From positions 9,013 to 73,012 of the forward strand of contig NZCW01000030.1 of assembly GCA_002688435.1 (NCBI GenBank): a stretch of 64,000 bases of DNA. Direction: 5' to 3'. Shown here in pieces: positions 38,330 through 48,676 of this stretch (position 1 is the first letter of the stretch; each line of letters opens with the position of its first letter). The notes below the pieces were generated by a model. The model saw nothing but the letters and a program-made list of their open reading frames with translations. It was not told the origin of the DNA and made no database searches. This DNA is from Dehalococcoidales bacterium (GTDB lineage Bacteria > Chloroflexota > Dehalococcoidia > Dehalococcoidales > RBG-16-60-22). Made by a program: the position numbers and the translations under genes.

Positions 38330-38565
38330 TGCTTACCTCCTTCTTCTTTATTTGAGTTTAGCTAGGTAGGTTAGTAGCAAGGATAAACTATTCCTTCGCT
38401 AATGTCAAGAGCCGAAAGGGTTAAAATAGTAAAAAGTATACTAGTTCTTGTGGCCCCTTTTGTCTTTTTAGTTTGGACTTTTCGACGACTGTCCTGAGTT
38501 GTTTTATCGACCGGCCTGATTTGAATCGGTTCAGGTTAACAAAATCTCTGGTCCGGTTCATTGGC

Positions 38566-38780
38566 TTACTTCCTTTTGTCGGCTAAGGTGAAGATGTAAA
38601 TTATGGGCAGTATGCCCAGCGTACTGAAGATGAACAGCACGATGAACCAGGTCAGATGACCGTTTCGGTCGGGCCCCGCCACAGAGTAATTCTTTTCCAT
38701 GCCATTGACCACATCATGGTCAGAGAGATGGCTAGCCAGAGTAAACCGGTAGGATATGGGTATATCCAGTTAAACGGCAT
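38566..38780 (-). pseudogene. DUF5652-like small membrane protein, frameshifted
   Basis: MPFNW...WSMAWKRITLWRG, frameshift, then RNGHLTWFIVLFIFSTLGILPIIYIF. RBS AGGAGG. Length 215 bp is not a multiple of 3. Confidence 0.72.
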
Positions 38781-38923
38781 TTTTACCTCCTGCTAATCAT
38801 GGCTTCTGACGGTGATGGCATAACCATCTGTTATGATAATTATACATCGTGGCGCCACGAGTCAAGTAGGGTAGTTTGGCATATTGCCCGTCGTAGGCCG
38901 TATCGTCTATAATGCAATGGAGA

Positions 38924-39414
38924 GTGAACGTAATTAATTTTATTCTGATAACCTCGGGGGTGTTTTTCTTATTTCAGGTATTAATTCGTATCATCAGGAA
39001 GCTTTATCATCTCCCAGCTCCGGCTTTCATTGGTTCATTCTTGGATAGCGATGCCCGGCGATGTTACGCCAGATAAAGCGTAAATTATCTCGGCCGGAGA
39101 ACCAGAATATAGTCAATATTAAGATAAGACAGGCCAGCGCTTGTGGGCTGCCGTTTGAGGGCGGGTCTCTTGATCTAATCTACATGGTAACGGTACTGCC
39201 GGAAATTCCAGATAGAGATAGCGCCCTGCGGGAAGTGAAAAGAGTATTGAAGGCCGGCGGTATCTTGGCGGTGACCGAGTTTCAGCTTGACCCGGATTAT
39301 CCTCTGCGTTCGACTACTATCAGGATATGCCGGAGTGAAGGATTTGTTCTGGATGGTAACTCCGGTAATTTGTGGGACTATACCGTAAGATTTAAGAAAC
39401 CGCTGGTAGCGTAG
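38924..39414 (+). pseudogene. Class I SAM-dependent methyltransferase with internal deletion
   Basis: N-part ...IRKLYHLPAPAFIGSFLDSDARR joins out of frame to MLRQIK...LPFEGGSLDLIYMVTVLPEIPD...EVKRVLKAGG. SAM-binding motif I (GxGxG) is missing. Confidence 0.75.
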
Positions 39415-39478
39415 CCAGTTAATAGCTAGCGGCGAAGGCCGCGTATTTATTAAATTTGCTCGTGGGGAAAATATATCA

Positions 39479-40741
39479 TTGTTTTTGTCTTCAGGGCTTA
39501 AAGATAAACTATATTATGGCTGGGTGATGGTCTTCGCTTTCTGGGTAATTGGTATTACCCTTTACGGGATACACTTTTCTTTCGGTGTCTTCTTCAAATC
39601 TATCGAGAGTGAGTTTGGCTTGACCCGGGCGGTAACCTCCGTAATTTTATCGGCTAATATGATAATTGCCGGGGTATGCTCTTTTTTTGCCGGCTGGGCT
39701 CTGGAGCGGTATGGGCCGAGAATCGTTCTCCTCCTTATGGGCCTGTTTACCGGCCTGAGTCTGTTACTCACCAGCCAAGCTGATGCTTTCTGGCAGCTAT
39801 TCTTGACCCATGGTATGTTACTGGCCATGGGAACTGGCCCTCTGTTTGTCGTGTCAATGGCAGCCGTCTCCAGATGGTTTGATAAGAAGCGGACTTTGGC
39901 TCTGGGTGTTTCCAGTTCCGGACTCGGACTGGGGCCGCTGGTGATGGCGCCGTTTGCCACCTACCTTATTAGTAACTTTGATTGGCGCACGGCGTATATC
40001 GTAATCGGAATTATTGCTTGGTTGGTTGTGATGCCTCTATCCCGGCTCCTGAAGAGAGACCCGTATGAAACAGGCGTACTGCCTGACGGGGTGAAAACCT
40101 CTTTGGAAAATATCGGAGATGACCATATCCCATCAGTTGGCTTTTCTTTTTTGCAGGCGCTTCAGACTAAAAGCTTCTGGCTATTTATAGTTACCTGGTT
40201 CCTTTATGCTTCTAATATCTTTTTAGTGATGACCCATCTGGTGCCTCATGCCACCGATATCGGATTTTCGGCGGTGCAGGCGGCGACTATCCTTAGTTTG
40301 ATAGGTGCCGCCGTTGTTGCCGGCAGGATACTGATGAGTGTTACTGCCGACCGGATAGGTAAAAAAGTAACTGTCGTCATCTGCGTCTTGCTTCAGGCGG
40401 GGGCCATGATCTGGCTGATGTGGGCGCAGGACTTATGGATGCTCTATCTGTTTGCCTTGGTTTATGGTTTTGCCTTTGGTGGTGTGAGCCCGGCGATGGC
40501 CGCCTTGGTTGGCGATACTTTTGGCTTGGGTAGGCTCGGTTCGATATTGGGTATTCTGGAAGTTGGTTTTGGTGTCGGGGCGGCTGTCGGTCCGGTGGTG
40601 GGCGGACTCATTTTTGATATTAACCACAGCTACTTTGTGGCGTTCTTGTTGGGAGCGGTGGCGATGTTCGCGGTCGCTTTGTTTGTCACCCTAATCAGGC
40701 GGGAAATGAAAGGGAATTCGGTTAATGCGGTGAGTCGGTAA
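39479..40741 (+). CDS. MFS transporter (OFA/MCT-like)
   Basis: YYGWV, SFGVFF, RWFDKKR.LALG and ADRIGKK. Confidence 0.92.
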   Translation: MFLSSGLKDKLYYGWVMVFAFWVIGITLYGIHFSFGVFFKSIESEFGLTRAVTSVILSANMIIAGVCSFFAGWALERYGPRIVLLLMGLFTGLSLLLTSQADAFWQLFLTHGMLLAMGTGPLFVVSMAAVSRWFDKKRTLALGVSSSGLGLGPLVMAPFATYLISNFDWRTAYIVIGIIAWLVVMPLSRLLKRDPYETGVLPDGVKTSLENIGDDHIPSVGFSFLQALQTKSFWLFIVTWFLYASNIFLVMTHLVPHATDIGFSAVQAATILSLIGAAVVAGRILMSVTADRIGKKVTVVICVLLQAGAMIWLMWAQDLWMLYLFALVYGFAFGGVSPAMAALVGDTFGLGRLGSILGILEVGFGVGAAVGPVVGGLIFDINHSYFVAFLLGAVAMFAVALFVTLIRREMKGNSVNAVSR

Positions 40742-41992
40742 ATGATTCCGTCAGGACGTAAGGATAGGCAATTTTATGGTTGGGTGGTGGTGGCTACTTT
40801 CTTTATCGCGGGCACCGCTATCTGAGGGATACGCTATACTTTTGGTGTCTTCTTTAAGTCGATAGAGGGGGAGTTTGGTCTGACGCGAGCGGCTACTTCC
40901 TCAATTTTCTCCGCCCAGATGGTGCTTGGCATGGTGTTTACTATCGTGGGTGGCTGGGCTCTGGACAAATACGGACCGAGGCTTATTCTATTCCTGATGG
41001 GTCTATTTACCGGTCTTGGTCTGGTATTGACCGGCCAGGCTGGCGCTTTGTGGCAATTGTTCCTGACTTACAGCCTGTTTTTGGCTATGGGTACCAGCAT
41101 CATTTTTGTGGTGGTGATGACAACTGTCTCTCGGTGGTTTGATCGGAGACGAGGACTAGCCCTAGGCGTGGCTAGTTGCGGGGCCGGCTTGGGACCGGTG
41201 GTTACAGCACCTTTGGCCACTTACTTGATTGGGGAGTTTAATTGGCACACCGCATTTGTCATCATCGGGCTGATTACCTGGCTGGTGGTGGTTCCTTTGT
41301 CCCGGCTTTCGAAAAGGGACCCGTATGAAATCGGCGCTTTGCCCGATGGGGCGAAAGTACCTTCTGAATATGCCGGGCATAAACGTGTCCCAACGGCCGG
41401 CCTTTCCTTGTCGCAGGTATTTCGGACCAGAAGTTTCTGGCTGATTATACTTGTCTTCCTGTTTTTTGCGTTTAGTTTCTTCTTGGTGGTGACTCACTTG
41501 GTGCCTCATGCCACGGATATCGGTTTTTCTGCGGTGGAGGCAGCGACTGTCCTCAGCCTGACTGGTGGGGCGACTATCGTCGGTAGGCTGCTACTAGGGA
41601 CGGTTTCCGATAAGATAGGTAGAAAAGCGGCGGCCGTTACCTGTGCTCTGCTGCATGTTGGGGCTATGGTCTGGCTGCTCTGGGTGCGGGACTTATGGAT
41701 GTTCTATCGTTTTGCCTTGGCTTTTGGTTTCTCCTGGGGTGGTATGTGACCGACGATGGCGGCGCTGATTGGGGACACTTTTGGTCTGAGTAGACTTGGC
41801 GCGATATTGGGGGTGCTAGATGCTGGTTTTAACGCTGGCGCAGCCATTGGTCCGTATATCGGCGGGCTTATTTTTGACGTTAGCCGCAGCTACTCTCTGG
41901 CTTTCTCGCTGGGGGTGGCGGTAACGCTGCTCTCAACTTTGTTTATCGCGCTAATAAAGCGGGAAACAGATAGAAGTCCGGACGATGGATGA
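40742..41992 (+). pseudogene. Tandem MFS paralog with two in-frame TGA stops
   Basis: Single frame from ATG 40742, colinear with the upstream paralog. TGA at 40823-40825 and 41747-41749. Confidence 0.85.
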
Positions 41993-42016
41993 GGCCGGTC
42001 TTATTATCTCGGTCAA

Positions 42017-43480
42017 CTAGAAGACGAAAATACGGGCGGCAAACTCGGCCAATAGCATGGCGAAGCCGGGGATAATACCGAGCAAGAGTACGCCGAGGCA
42101 GGAAAGGACTAGTCCCAAGCGCAGCGTTCCGGGGGAAGATATTTTTTCTTCGGAGGCGGCTTTGCCCAGCCACATTACATTCACCACCCGGAGATAGTAG
42201 TAAGCCGAGATGACGCTGTTGATGACGGCAATAATCACCAGCCACAGTAGGTTGGACCGTACGGCGGCGCTGAAGATATAGAACTTGGCCATGAAGCCGG
42301 CGGCGGGCGGCATGCCGATGAGAGAGACCAGACACAGCGTCAGGGCCAGTGCCACCAGCGGTGCCCGTTTCCCTATGCCGGTATAATCATCAATAAGGTC
42401 GCTATCCAGCTTATTGGAGATGGCGATAATGGCAATGAAAGCCCCCATATTGGTTAGGGCGTAGCTGGTCAGGAAGAAGATAATGCTGCTCCGCCCTAGG
42501 ATATCCACCACCGGAGAAAACCCCATGGCGGCCATCCCCACCAGAAGATAGCCGGCCTGGGCGATACTGGAATACCCCAGCATTCGTTTAATATTGGTCT
42601 GAGGGATGGCAGCGATATTGCCCAGCGTCATGCCGATAACGGCCAGGAAGGCAAAGATAATGCCCCAGTTCAGACTCAGCCATTCCGGGAGTCCGAAGGC
42701 GGAGAAGAAAACGCGCAGGATAAGGGCGAAGCCGGCGGCCTTGCTGGCGACGGAGAGGTAGGCGGTTATCGGCGTGGGGGCGCCCTCGTAAACATCGGGC
42801 ACCCACATCTGGAAAGGGACGGCGGCAATCTTGAACCCGAATCCGGTAATCAGCATTACCAGTCCTAAAGTAAGCGCCGGGAAGGAGAGTATGGTCTGCG
42901 GCGACATCGCCTGAATTACCCGGGCAATCTCGCCTAGCTGCGTCTGGCCGGTAAAGCCGAAAATCAGTGCCATACCGTAGAGCAGCACTACGGAAGCGAT
43001 GGCCCCCAGCAGCAGGTATTTCAGCGAGGACTCGGTTGATTTACTGTCTTTGAGAAAGCCGACCAGCGCGTAGAGGGAAAGACTGGTCAGTTCCAGGGCG
43101 ATGTAGATAGCGATTAAATCGGTGGTGGCGGCCATCAGCATCATGCCCAGGGTGGACAGGAGTACTAGGGCGTAATATTCACCTTGGAAACGGGCGAATT
43201 TCTGGGTATAGCTTATCGAGGCTAGGATAACCAAGAAGGCTACCCCTAAGAGCAGTAGCTTGAAAAACAGGGCGAAGTTGTCCACGGCCAGCATATTATT
43301 GAAGATGGCCGGGAAGCTCTCTCCCCACATCGCCAGAGTAACGCCGGCGGATATCACCAGTCCGGAGACGCTGACCTGTACCAGTAGCCTCTTCTGCTCG
43401 GTGAATAAGTCGAGTAGGATGACCAGTAAGGCAAAGACGGCCAAGGTCAACTCCGGTATGAATAGCGCTAGGTTCAACAT
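42017..43480 (-). CDS. nuoN: NADH-quinone oxidoreductase-like subunit N
   Basis: FKIAAVPFQMWVPDVYEGAP and KRMLGYSSIAQAGY. Confidence 0.96.
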   Translation of the reverse strand: MLNLALFIPELTLAVFALLVILLDLFTEQKRLLVQVSVSGLVISAGVTLAMWGESFPAIFNNMLAVDNFALFFKLLLLGVAFLVILASISYTQKFARFQGEYYALVLLSTLGMMLMAATTDLIAIYIALELTSLSLYALVGFLKDSKSTESSLKYLLLGAIASVVLLYGMALIFGFTGQTQLGEIARVIQAMSPQTILSFPALTLGLVMLITGFGFKIAAVPFQMWVPDVYEGAPTPITAYLSVASKAAGFALILRVFFSAFGLPEWLSLNWGIIFAFLAVIGMTLGNIAAIPQTNIKRMLGYSSIAQAGYLLVGMAAMGFSPVVDILGRSSIIFFLTSYALTNMGAFIAIIAISNKLDSDLIDDYTGIGKRAPLVALALTLCLVSLIGMPPAAGFMAKFYIFSAAVRSNLLWLVIIAVINSVISAYYYLRVVNVMWLGKAASEEKISSPGTLRLGLVLSCLGVLLLGIIPGFAMLLAEFAARIFVF

Positions 43481-43500
43481 TTACTCCTTACCATAGGCTA

Positions 43501-44994
43501 TTAGCCACCCAATAAGCCCACTACGGGTGAGACACCAAGCTTGAAGACGTTGGTCAGGATGGGCGGATAGATACCGACCAGCATAATCACGGCGACAAAA
43601 GCAAACATATAGACTCGTTCCAGAATATCGGCGTCCGCGGTGCCGTTGTATTTTTCTAAGACCGGTCCGTAGAATACCCGCTGCAGCATCCACAGGATAT
43701 AGCCGGCGGTGACCACCACGCCGAGCACGCCCAGCAGGGTGTAAAGCTGGATGCCGGGCACGGCGGTGGAGGTAAAGCTGCCGATGAAGACCAGAAACTC
43801 GGCGGCAAAGCCGCTGGTGGTGGGTAGTCCCAGGGAGGCCAGCCCGGCGATGGAAAAGACGATGGCAATAACCGGCACCTGCCGTGCTAGGCCGCCGAGG
43901 TTGCGTAGGTCGCGCTCGTTGGTATTATGCATGACCAGTCCTACCATGGCAAACAGCAGTCCGGTAACCACGCCGTGGTTGAACATCTGCATACTGGCGC
44001 CGATTAGGCTCACCTGCCCCAAGGCAAAGATACCCAGCAGGACGTAGCCCATATGGCTGATACTGCTGTAGGCAATCAGCCGCTTGAAATCAGTCTGTCT
44101 CATGGTAACGGCGGCGCCGTAGAGCACTCCTATTATTGCTAGTATCACCAGAAGAACGGCGTAGGTCTGGGCTACGTTGGGGAAGAGGGTGACGCATAGG
44201 CGAATCATGCCGTAGCCGCCCATCTTAATCAGCACGCCCGCTAGCATGACGCTGACCGCCGTCGGGGCGTCGGTGTGGGCATCGGGCAGCCAGGTGTGAA
44301 ACGGGAAAACGGGCAGCTTGATGGCAAAGCCAATCAAGAGGAAGAAGAATATGACCGCTATTGGTATTACCGTCCGGAACGAGTCAAATCCGGTCAGGGC
44401 TAGGTCCACTATGCTCAGGCTGCCGGTGGTGAAATACACGCCGAGAATGCCCGCCAGCATAAAAGCGCTGCCGAACAAGGTGTAGAGGACGTACTTCATG
44501 GCCGAGTATTCCTTCCGCCCCGCCCCCCAGATGCTAATTAAGAAATACATGGGGATGACCTCTATCTCCCACATGATAAAGAAGAGTAACAAGTCGAGGG
44601 AGAGGAATACCCCTAGGATGCTCGTTTCTAGGATCAGGAGCCAGCCGAAATACTCGCGGAGTCTCAGGTCAATCTTCCAAGAGATGAGTACGGCTAGGAA
44701 ACCGAGAAAAGCGGTCAGCAGGACTAAAGGTAAGCTCAGTCCGTCCACGCCTAGGTGGTAATTGGCGTTTAAGGGCGCAATCCACGACACTTTTTCCTCA
44801 AACTGGATGAGCCCGGCGGCCGCCGGAGATCGGTCAAAGCAGGCGAAGAGGATGACGGATAGGAGCAGTGGAATAAAAGTGAATACCGCCGCCGTCCACT
44901 TAATCGCCTTGGCGTTATTACCCAGTAGGAAAGCGACCAAGAAGGCTCCTAGCGCTGGCAAGAAGAGTATGATGGTGAGATAATTAAAGTCCAA
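43501..44994 (-). CDS. nuoM: Complex I subunit M
   Basis: GVDGLS, PFHTWLPDAH and KRLIAYSSISHMG. Confidence 0.96.
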   Translation of the reverse strand: MDFNYLTIILFLPALGAFLVAFLLGNNAKAIKWTAAVFTFIPLLLSVILFACFDRSPAAAGLIQFEEKVSWIAPLNANYHLGVDGLSLPLVLLTAFLGFLAVLISWKIDLRLREYFGWLLILETSILGVFLSLDLLLFFIMWEIEVIPMYFLISIWGAGRKEYSAMKYVLYTLFGSAFMLAGILGVYFTTGSLSIVDLALTGFDSFRTVIPIAVIFFFLLIGFAIKLPVFPFHTWLPDAHTDAPTAVSVMLAGVLIKMGGYGMIRLCVTLFPNVAQTYAVLLVILAIIGVLYGAAVTMRQTDFKRLIAYSSISHMGYVLLGIFALGQVSLIGASMQMFNHGVVTGLLFAMVGLVMHNTNERDLRNLGGLARQVPVIAIVFSIAGLASLGLPTTSGFAAEFLVFIGSFTSTAVPGIQLYTLLGVLGVVVTAGYILWMLQRVFYGPVLEKYNGTADADILERVYMFAFVAVIMLVGIYPPILTNVFKLGVSPVVGLLGG

Positions 44995-45161
44995 CTATAT
45001 TAACTCCGGCCAAGATTTTTTTATTAACCTTACCCACCTCTTATTAAGGGAGAAGGATAAGGGTTAGATTAGAGGGATTTCGTCTCTCATAAGACGCCCT
45101 ATATAATCATATCTTGAGGCTTTGCCTCTATTTGCTTCTCTATTCAGTACCTCACAAATAT

Positions 45162-47069
45162 CTACCCGGCGAAATACAGTACAAGAACCAGCGCCAGTAT
45201 CCCTATCCCGATGAACAGGCCATAGAGCTGGAGTTGGCCGGTCTGTGCTCGCCGAACGGCCCTGCCCCCAGCGATGGTTCCTCTGGCCACACCGTTGATG
45301 GCCCCGTCCACCACCTGGTTATCGAATTGCTTCAGGCTGCCAAAAAGTCCTTTGACTAGGGCGACTCTCACGATGATATTTTCATAGAGTTCGTCAAACC
45401 AGTATTTCCGGTAGAATAAAGTGTACAGCGGTTTGAAGAAATTGCCGGTTTTTTCCGGTGAAAGCCACTGTTTGCTGTACATAGCGTAGGCTAGTAAAAT
45501 GCCCAGTCCGGCCAGTATTAGCGATATCCAAGGTAGCGGCTGGGTGAAGGGGTGAAAGAAACCGTAGGTAAAGCTGTGGGTTTGGCCGTGGCCCATAAAG
45601 GTACCAAAGTGTCCGGTGACATTCCACAGGCCGGAAACGACCGCTAGGATGGCCAGTACTACCATAGGGGTAACCATGACCTTGGGTGATTCGTGAGGGC
45701 GGCTACCGTGACCTCCGTGCTCGTTCTGGCTCCCGCCCCGGTAGTCCCCACCGAAGGTTATAAAGACGGCGCGGAACATGTAAAAGGAGGTCATAAAGAC
45801 GGTTATCATTGCCAGGGAGAACAGGACGGGCTGGCTGGCGGTGCTGACCACTATCTCATCCTTGCTCCAGAATCCGGAAAGAGGCCAGATACCGGCAATA
45901 CTCAGCGAGGCAATGACAAAAGTGGCATAGGTCCACGGCATTACCCGGCGTAGACCGCCCATGAGTCGCATATCAAAGGTGCCGGTGGCGTGGTTGATGC
46001 TGCCCGCTCCCAGGAAGAGCAGTGCCTTGAAAAAGGCGTGGTTGAATAGGTGAAAGATACCGATGGCCACGCCGCCAACGCCCAGCCCCAGCATCATATA
46101 GCCGAGCTGGCTGACAGTGGAGTAAGCCAGCACCCGTTTGATGTCATTCATCACTAGGCCCATGGAGGCGGCGAAAATAGCGGTAACCCCGCCGATAACG
46201 GCCACCGTGGTCAGGGCTTCCGTGGAGTGTTCAAAGAGAGGGAACATGCGGGCCACTAGGAAGACGCCGGCGGCGACCATTGTGGCTGCGTGGATTAAAG
46301 CGCTGACCGGGGTTGGACCTTCCATGGCGTCGGGTAGCCAGATATGGAGCGGGAACTGGGCCGACTTGCCTACGGCGCCGGCAAAGATGCCGATGGCCGA
46401 CCAAGTAAGGATGGCGCTGGCCAGAGCTCCGGTGATGGCCAGTTTGTGCAGCTCGTGGATGTCAAAGGTACTGGTATTCAGGTACAGGAGCAGTATCCCG
46501 GCCAGGAAACCGAAGTCACCTAGGCGGGTCACGATAAACGCTTTCTTGGCCGCATCCGCCGCCTCCGGTTTGTGGAACCAGAAGCCGATGAGGAGATAGG
46601 AGCACAGGCCGACTAGTTCCCAAAAGACGAATAGGAAAAGTAAGTTATCGGCCAGGACTAGGCCTAGCATTGAAGCGGTGAACAGTGACATCCAGGCGAA
46701 GTAGCGGTGATAGCCTGGGTCGCCGTGCATGTAGCCCTGGGAGTAAATCTGTACCATCAGGCTGACTAGGGTGACGACAATCAACATCACCGCCGTCAGT
46801 GAGTCCGCTATTAGGCCGAGGTGTATGGTGACCCCACCCTCAATCACCACCCAGTTAATGTCCGGTACGGGTATTTCGTGGTGGGGCGCCGCCATCACGG
46901 ATAACAGTGTCCAGATAGATAGGGCCAAGACCGTGAAAAGGGCCGTAATCAGGATATAACCGGTAATTCTCGACTCTGCTTTCACGAAAGGCCGGACGAA
47001 AAACGATATGATGATAAACGAGAAGACTGGCAGTAAGAATATCAGCCAAATAAACTGGGGCGTTATCAT
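45162..47069 (-). CDS. nuoL: Complex I subunit L
   Basis: GKSAQFPLHIWLPDAMEGPTPVSALIHAATMV. Confidence 0.97.
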   Translation of the reverse strand: MITPQFIWLIFLLPVFSFIIISFFVRPFVKAESRITGYILITALFTVLALSIWTLLSVMAAPHHEIPVPDINWVVIEGGVTIHLGLIADSLTAVMLIVVTLVSLMVQIYSQGYMHGDPGYHRYFAWMSLFTASMLGLVLADNLLFLFVFWELVGLCSYLLIGFWFHKPEAADAAKKAFIVTRLGDFGFLAGILLLYLNTSTFDIHELHKLAITGALASAILTWSAIGIFAGAVGKSAQFPLHIWLPDAMEGPTPVSALIHAATMVAAGVFLVARMFPLFEHSTEALTTVAVIGGVTAIFAASMGLVMNDIKRVLAYSTVSQLGYMMLGLGVGGVAIGIFHLFNHAFFKALLFLGAGSINHATGTFDMRLMGGLRRVMPWTYATFVIASLSIAGIWPLSGFWSKDEIVVSTASQPVLFSLAMITVFMTSFYMFRAVFITFGGDYRGGSQNEHGGHGSRPHESPKVMVTPMVVLAILAVVSGLWNVTGHFGTFMGHGQTHSFTYGFFHPFTQPLPWISLILAGLGILLAYAMYSKQWLSPEKTGNFFKPLYTLFYRKYWFDELYENIIVRVALVKGLFGSLKQFDNQVVDGAINGVARGTIAGGRAVRRAQTGQLQLYGLFIGIGILALVLVLYFAG

Positions 47070-47260
47070 AATTTCCTTAATATGTCCTTAATCACGTGTT
47101 CTTTATCTCGTGGCACCAAGACGGAATAGTCCGTCTGCTCTTGGCCGGTGGGTAGGCCAGAGACAGGTAGGATGCAGGTGGGGATGCCCTCGCCTTCAAA
47201 GAGCTCCTTCCACATCTCGGCGACCATCAGGCTTTTCGCTTTTTTAACTTCTACCCACAT
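47066..47260 (-). CDS. Small conserved protein (DUF2007/PII-like) inside the nuo operon
   Basis: AEMWKELFEGEGIP...YSVLVP. Overlaps the nuoL start by 4 bp. Confidence 0.75.
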   Translation of the reverse strand: MWVEVKKAKSLMVAEMWKELFEGEGIPTCILPVSGLPTGQEQTDYSVLVPRDKEHVIKDILRKL

Positions 47261-47364
47261 TATTCCATTACTACCTTGCGACTACTCAACAGTGAAGTGG
47301 ACTTAACTACCTCAGTCCCCGTTAGCTTTTTCCCTTTCAACTCTACCCCTTTCGTCAGGTTAAA

Positions 47365-47682
47365 TTACCACTTCATTAAGTTGATTTTGGTGGCATCTAT
47401 GCTCTCGATACCGCGATAGATGGCCAGTATTATGGCTACACCCATCGCAATCTCGGCGGCGGCGACAATAATGACGAAAATAGCGAAAATCTGCCCGGTC
47501 AACAGCTCCGGCGTTACGTAACGGGAGAAAGCGACTAGGGTGATATTTACGGCATTGAGCATCAACTCAATGCACATCAGGATAATTATGGCGTTGCGTT
47601 TGGCCAGCGTCCCGTATAGCCCGATGGCGAATAGGATAGCCGACAGTACCAGGTAATGTTCCAGCCCTAGGTTATTTAGCAT
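47365..47682 (-). CDS. nuoK: Complex I subunit K
   Basis: LMCIELMLNAVN and VAAAEIAMG. Confidence 0.96.
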   Translation of the reverse strand: MLNNLGLEHYLVLSAILFAIGLYGTLAKRNAIIILMCIELMLNAVNITLVAFSRYVTPELLTGQIFAIFVIIVAAAEIAMGVAIILAIYRGIESIDATKINLMKW

Positions 47683-47690
47683 CCTCTATA

Positions 47691-48179
47691 TTATTTCTCC
47701 CTAGCTAAAACGATTGCTCCCAGAATGGCGGACAGTAGTAGGGCGGCGGCAATCTCCACTGGTAGAATAAAGCCCCCCTCGCCGAAGAGGCGGCTGGCGA
47801 TGGTAGTGGTGGTCGGTACCACAGGTGCGGTGTCGGTTATCGGCCAGGGTGTGTTGGTTACCGTCAGGACCAGTACTCCCAAGAATAGTAGGGCGACGAT
47901 GAATGCCGGGAGCTGTAGTTTGTTGGAGAGGTTGCCCCGTTGTACTTCACGGGTCATCATAATCGCTAGGATGATTAACACCGATATCGCCCCGACGTAG
48001 ACCAGAATTTGTACCGCCGCTAGGAAGTCGGCGCTGAGGGTGATATAAATCCCGGCCACCATGAGGAAACACAGAATCAGCGATAGTGCCGCCCGGAAAA
48101 TGTTCCGCAGCAGGACCACGCCCAGCGCCGCTGCGATGATGACGCTGGCTGATATCCAGAAGCCGATGGCCAGTCCCAT
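47691..48179 (-). CDS. nuoJ: Complex I subunit J
   Basis: QILVYVGAISVL. Confidence 0.95.
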   Translation of the reverse strand: MGLAIGFWISASVIIAAALGVVLLRNIFRAALSLILCFLMVAGIYITLSADFLAAVQILVYVGAISVLIILAIMMTREVQRGNLSNKLQLPAFIVALLFLGVLVLTVTNTPWPITDTAPVVPTTTTIASRLFGEGGFILPVEIAAALLLSAILGAIVLAREK

Positions 48180-48676
48180 TATTTTTTCTCCGTAATTCTC
48201 TCTAAAAGTAAGGTCTGTTTGGGTAGTTTGGCAGCGCGTTTTGGGGAGAAGTAGCCGCTGGCTTTCCTTAACGGGGATTCCAGCATCATTTCTTTGGTCT
48301 GCACCAGCTCACCACGCTGGTATTTAGCGCATTCGTAGGCGTAACCCAGGTAGAGCGCCTCGTAAGGGCAGGCCTCAACGCACAGGCCGCACTGAATACA
48401 GTAACCGGTGTCTATCTGATACTTATCGACGGTATATTTGTTTTCTTCCTGACTGGTTGAGGTGACAATTTCAATGGCTCCTTGGGGGCAGGCCTTGGTG
48501 CAGGTGCCGCAGCCGGTACACTTTACCTGGTCCCAGATGAACTCGTTGCCCCGTATGCGGCGCGAGGTATTGAGTCGCTGCTCCGGGTACTGTGAGACCG
48601 TTGGGTGGCGGAGCAGGTGCATGATGGTTACCATCAGACCTTTGACGATGCCGATTCCATAACGTTCAAACTTCAA
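48179..48676 (-). CDS. nuoI: Complex I subunit I
   Basis: QYPE, CTGCGTCTKACP and CIQCGLCVEACP. Confidence 0.95.
   Translation of the reverse strand: MKFERYGIGIVKGLMVTIMHLLRHPTVSQYPEQRLNTSRRIRGNEFIWDQVKCTGCGTCTKACPQGAIEIVTSTSQEENKYTVDKYQIDTGYCIQCGLCVEACPYEALYLGYAYECAKYQRGELVQTKEMMLESPLRKASGYFSPKRAAKLPKQTLLLERITEKK

Noticed and set aside
38132-38365. 77-aa plus-strand ORF
   Set aside because: Antisense to the 46-aa zinc-ribbon gene, which has the RBS and terminator.
40823-41749. UGA recoding (selenocysteine or alternative genetic code) in the MFS paralog
   Set aside because: The positions are not Cys in the paralog, I see no obvious SECIS hairpin, and TGA ends intact genes in this window (e.g. 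4856, 60746).
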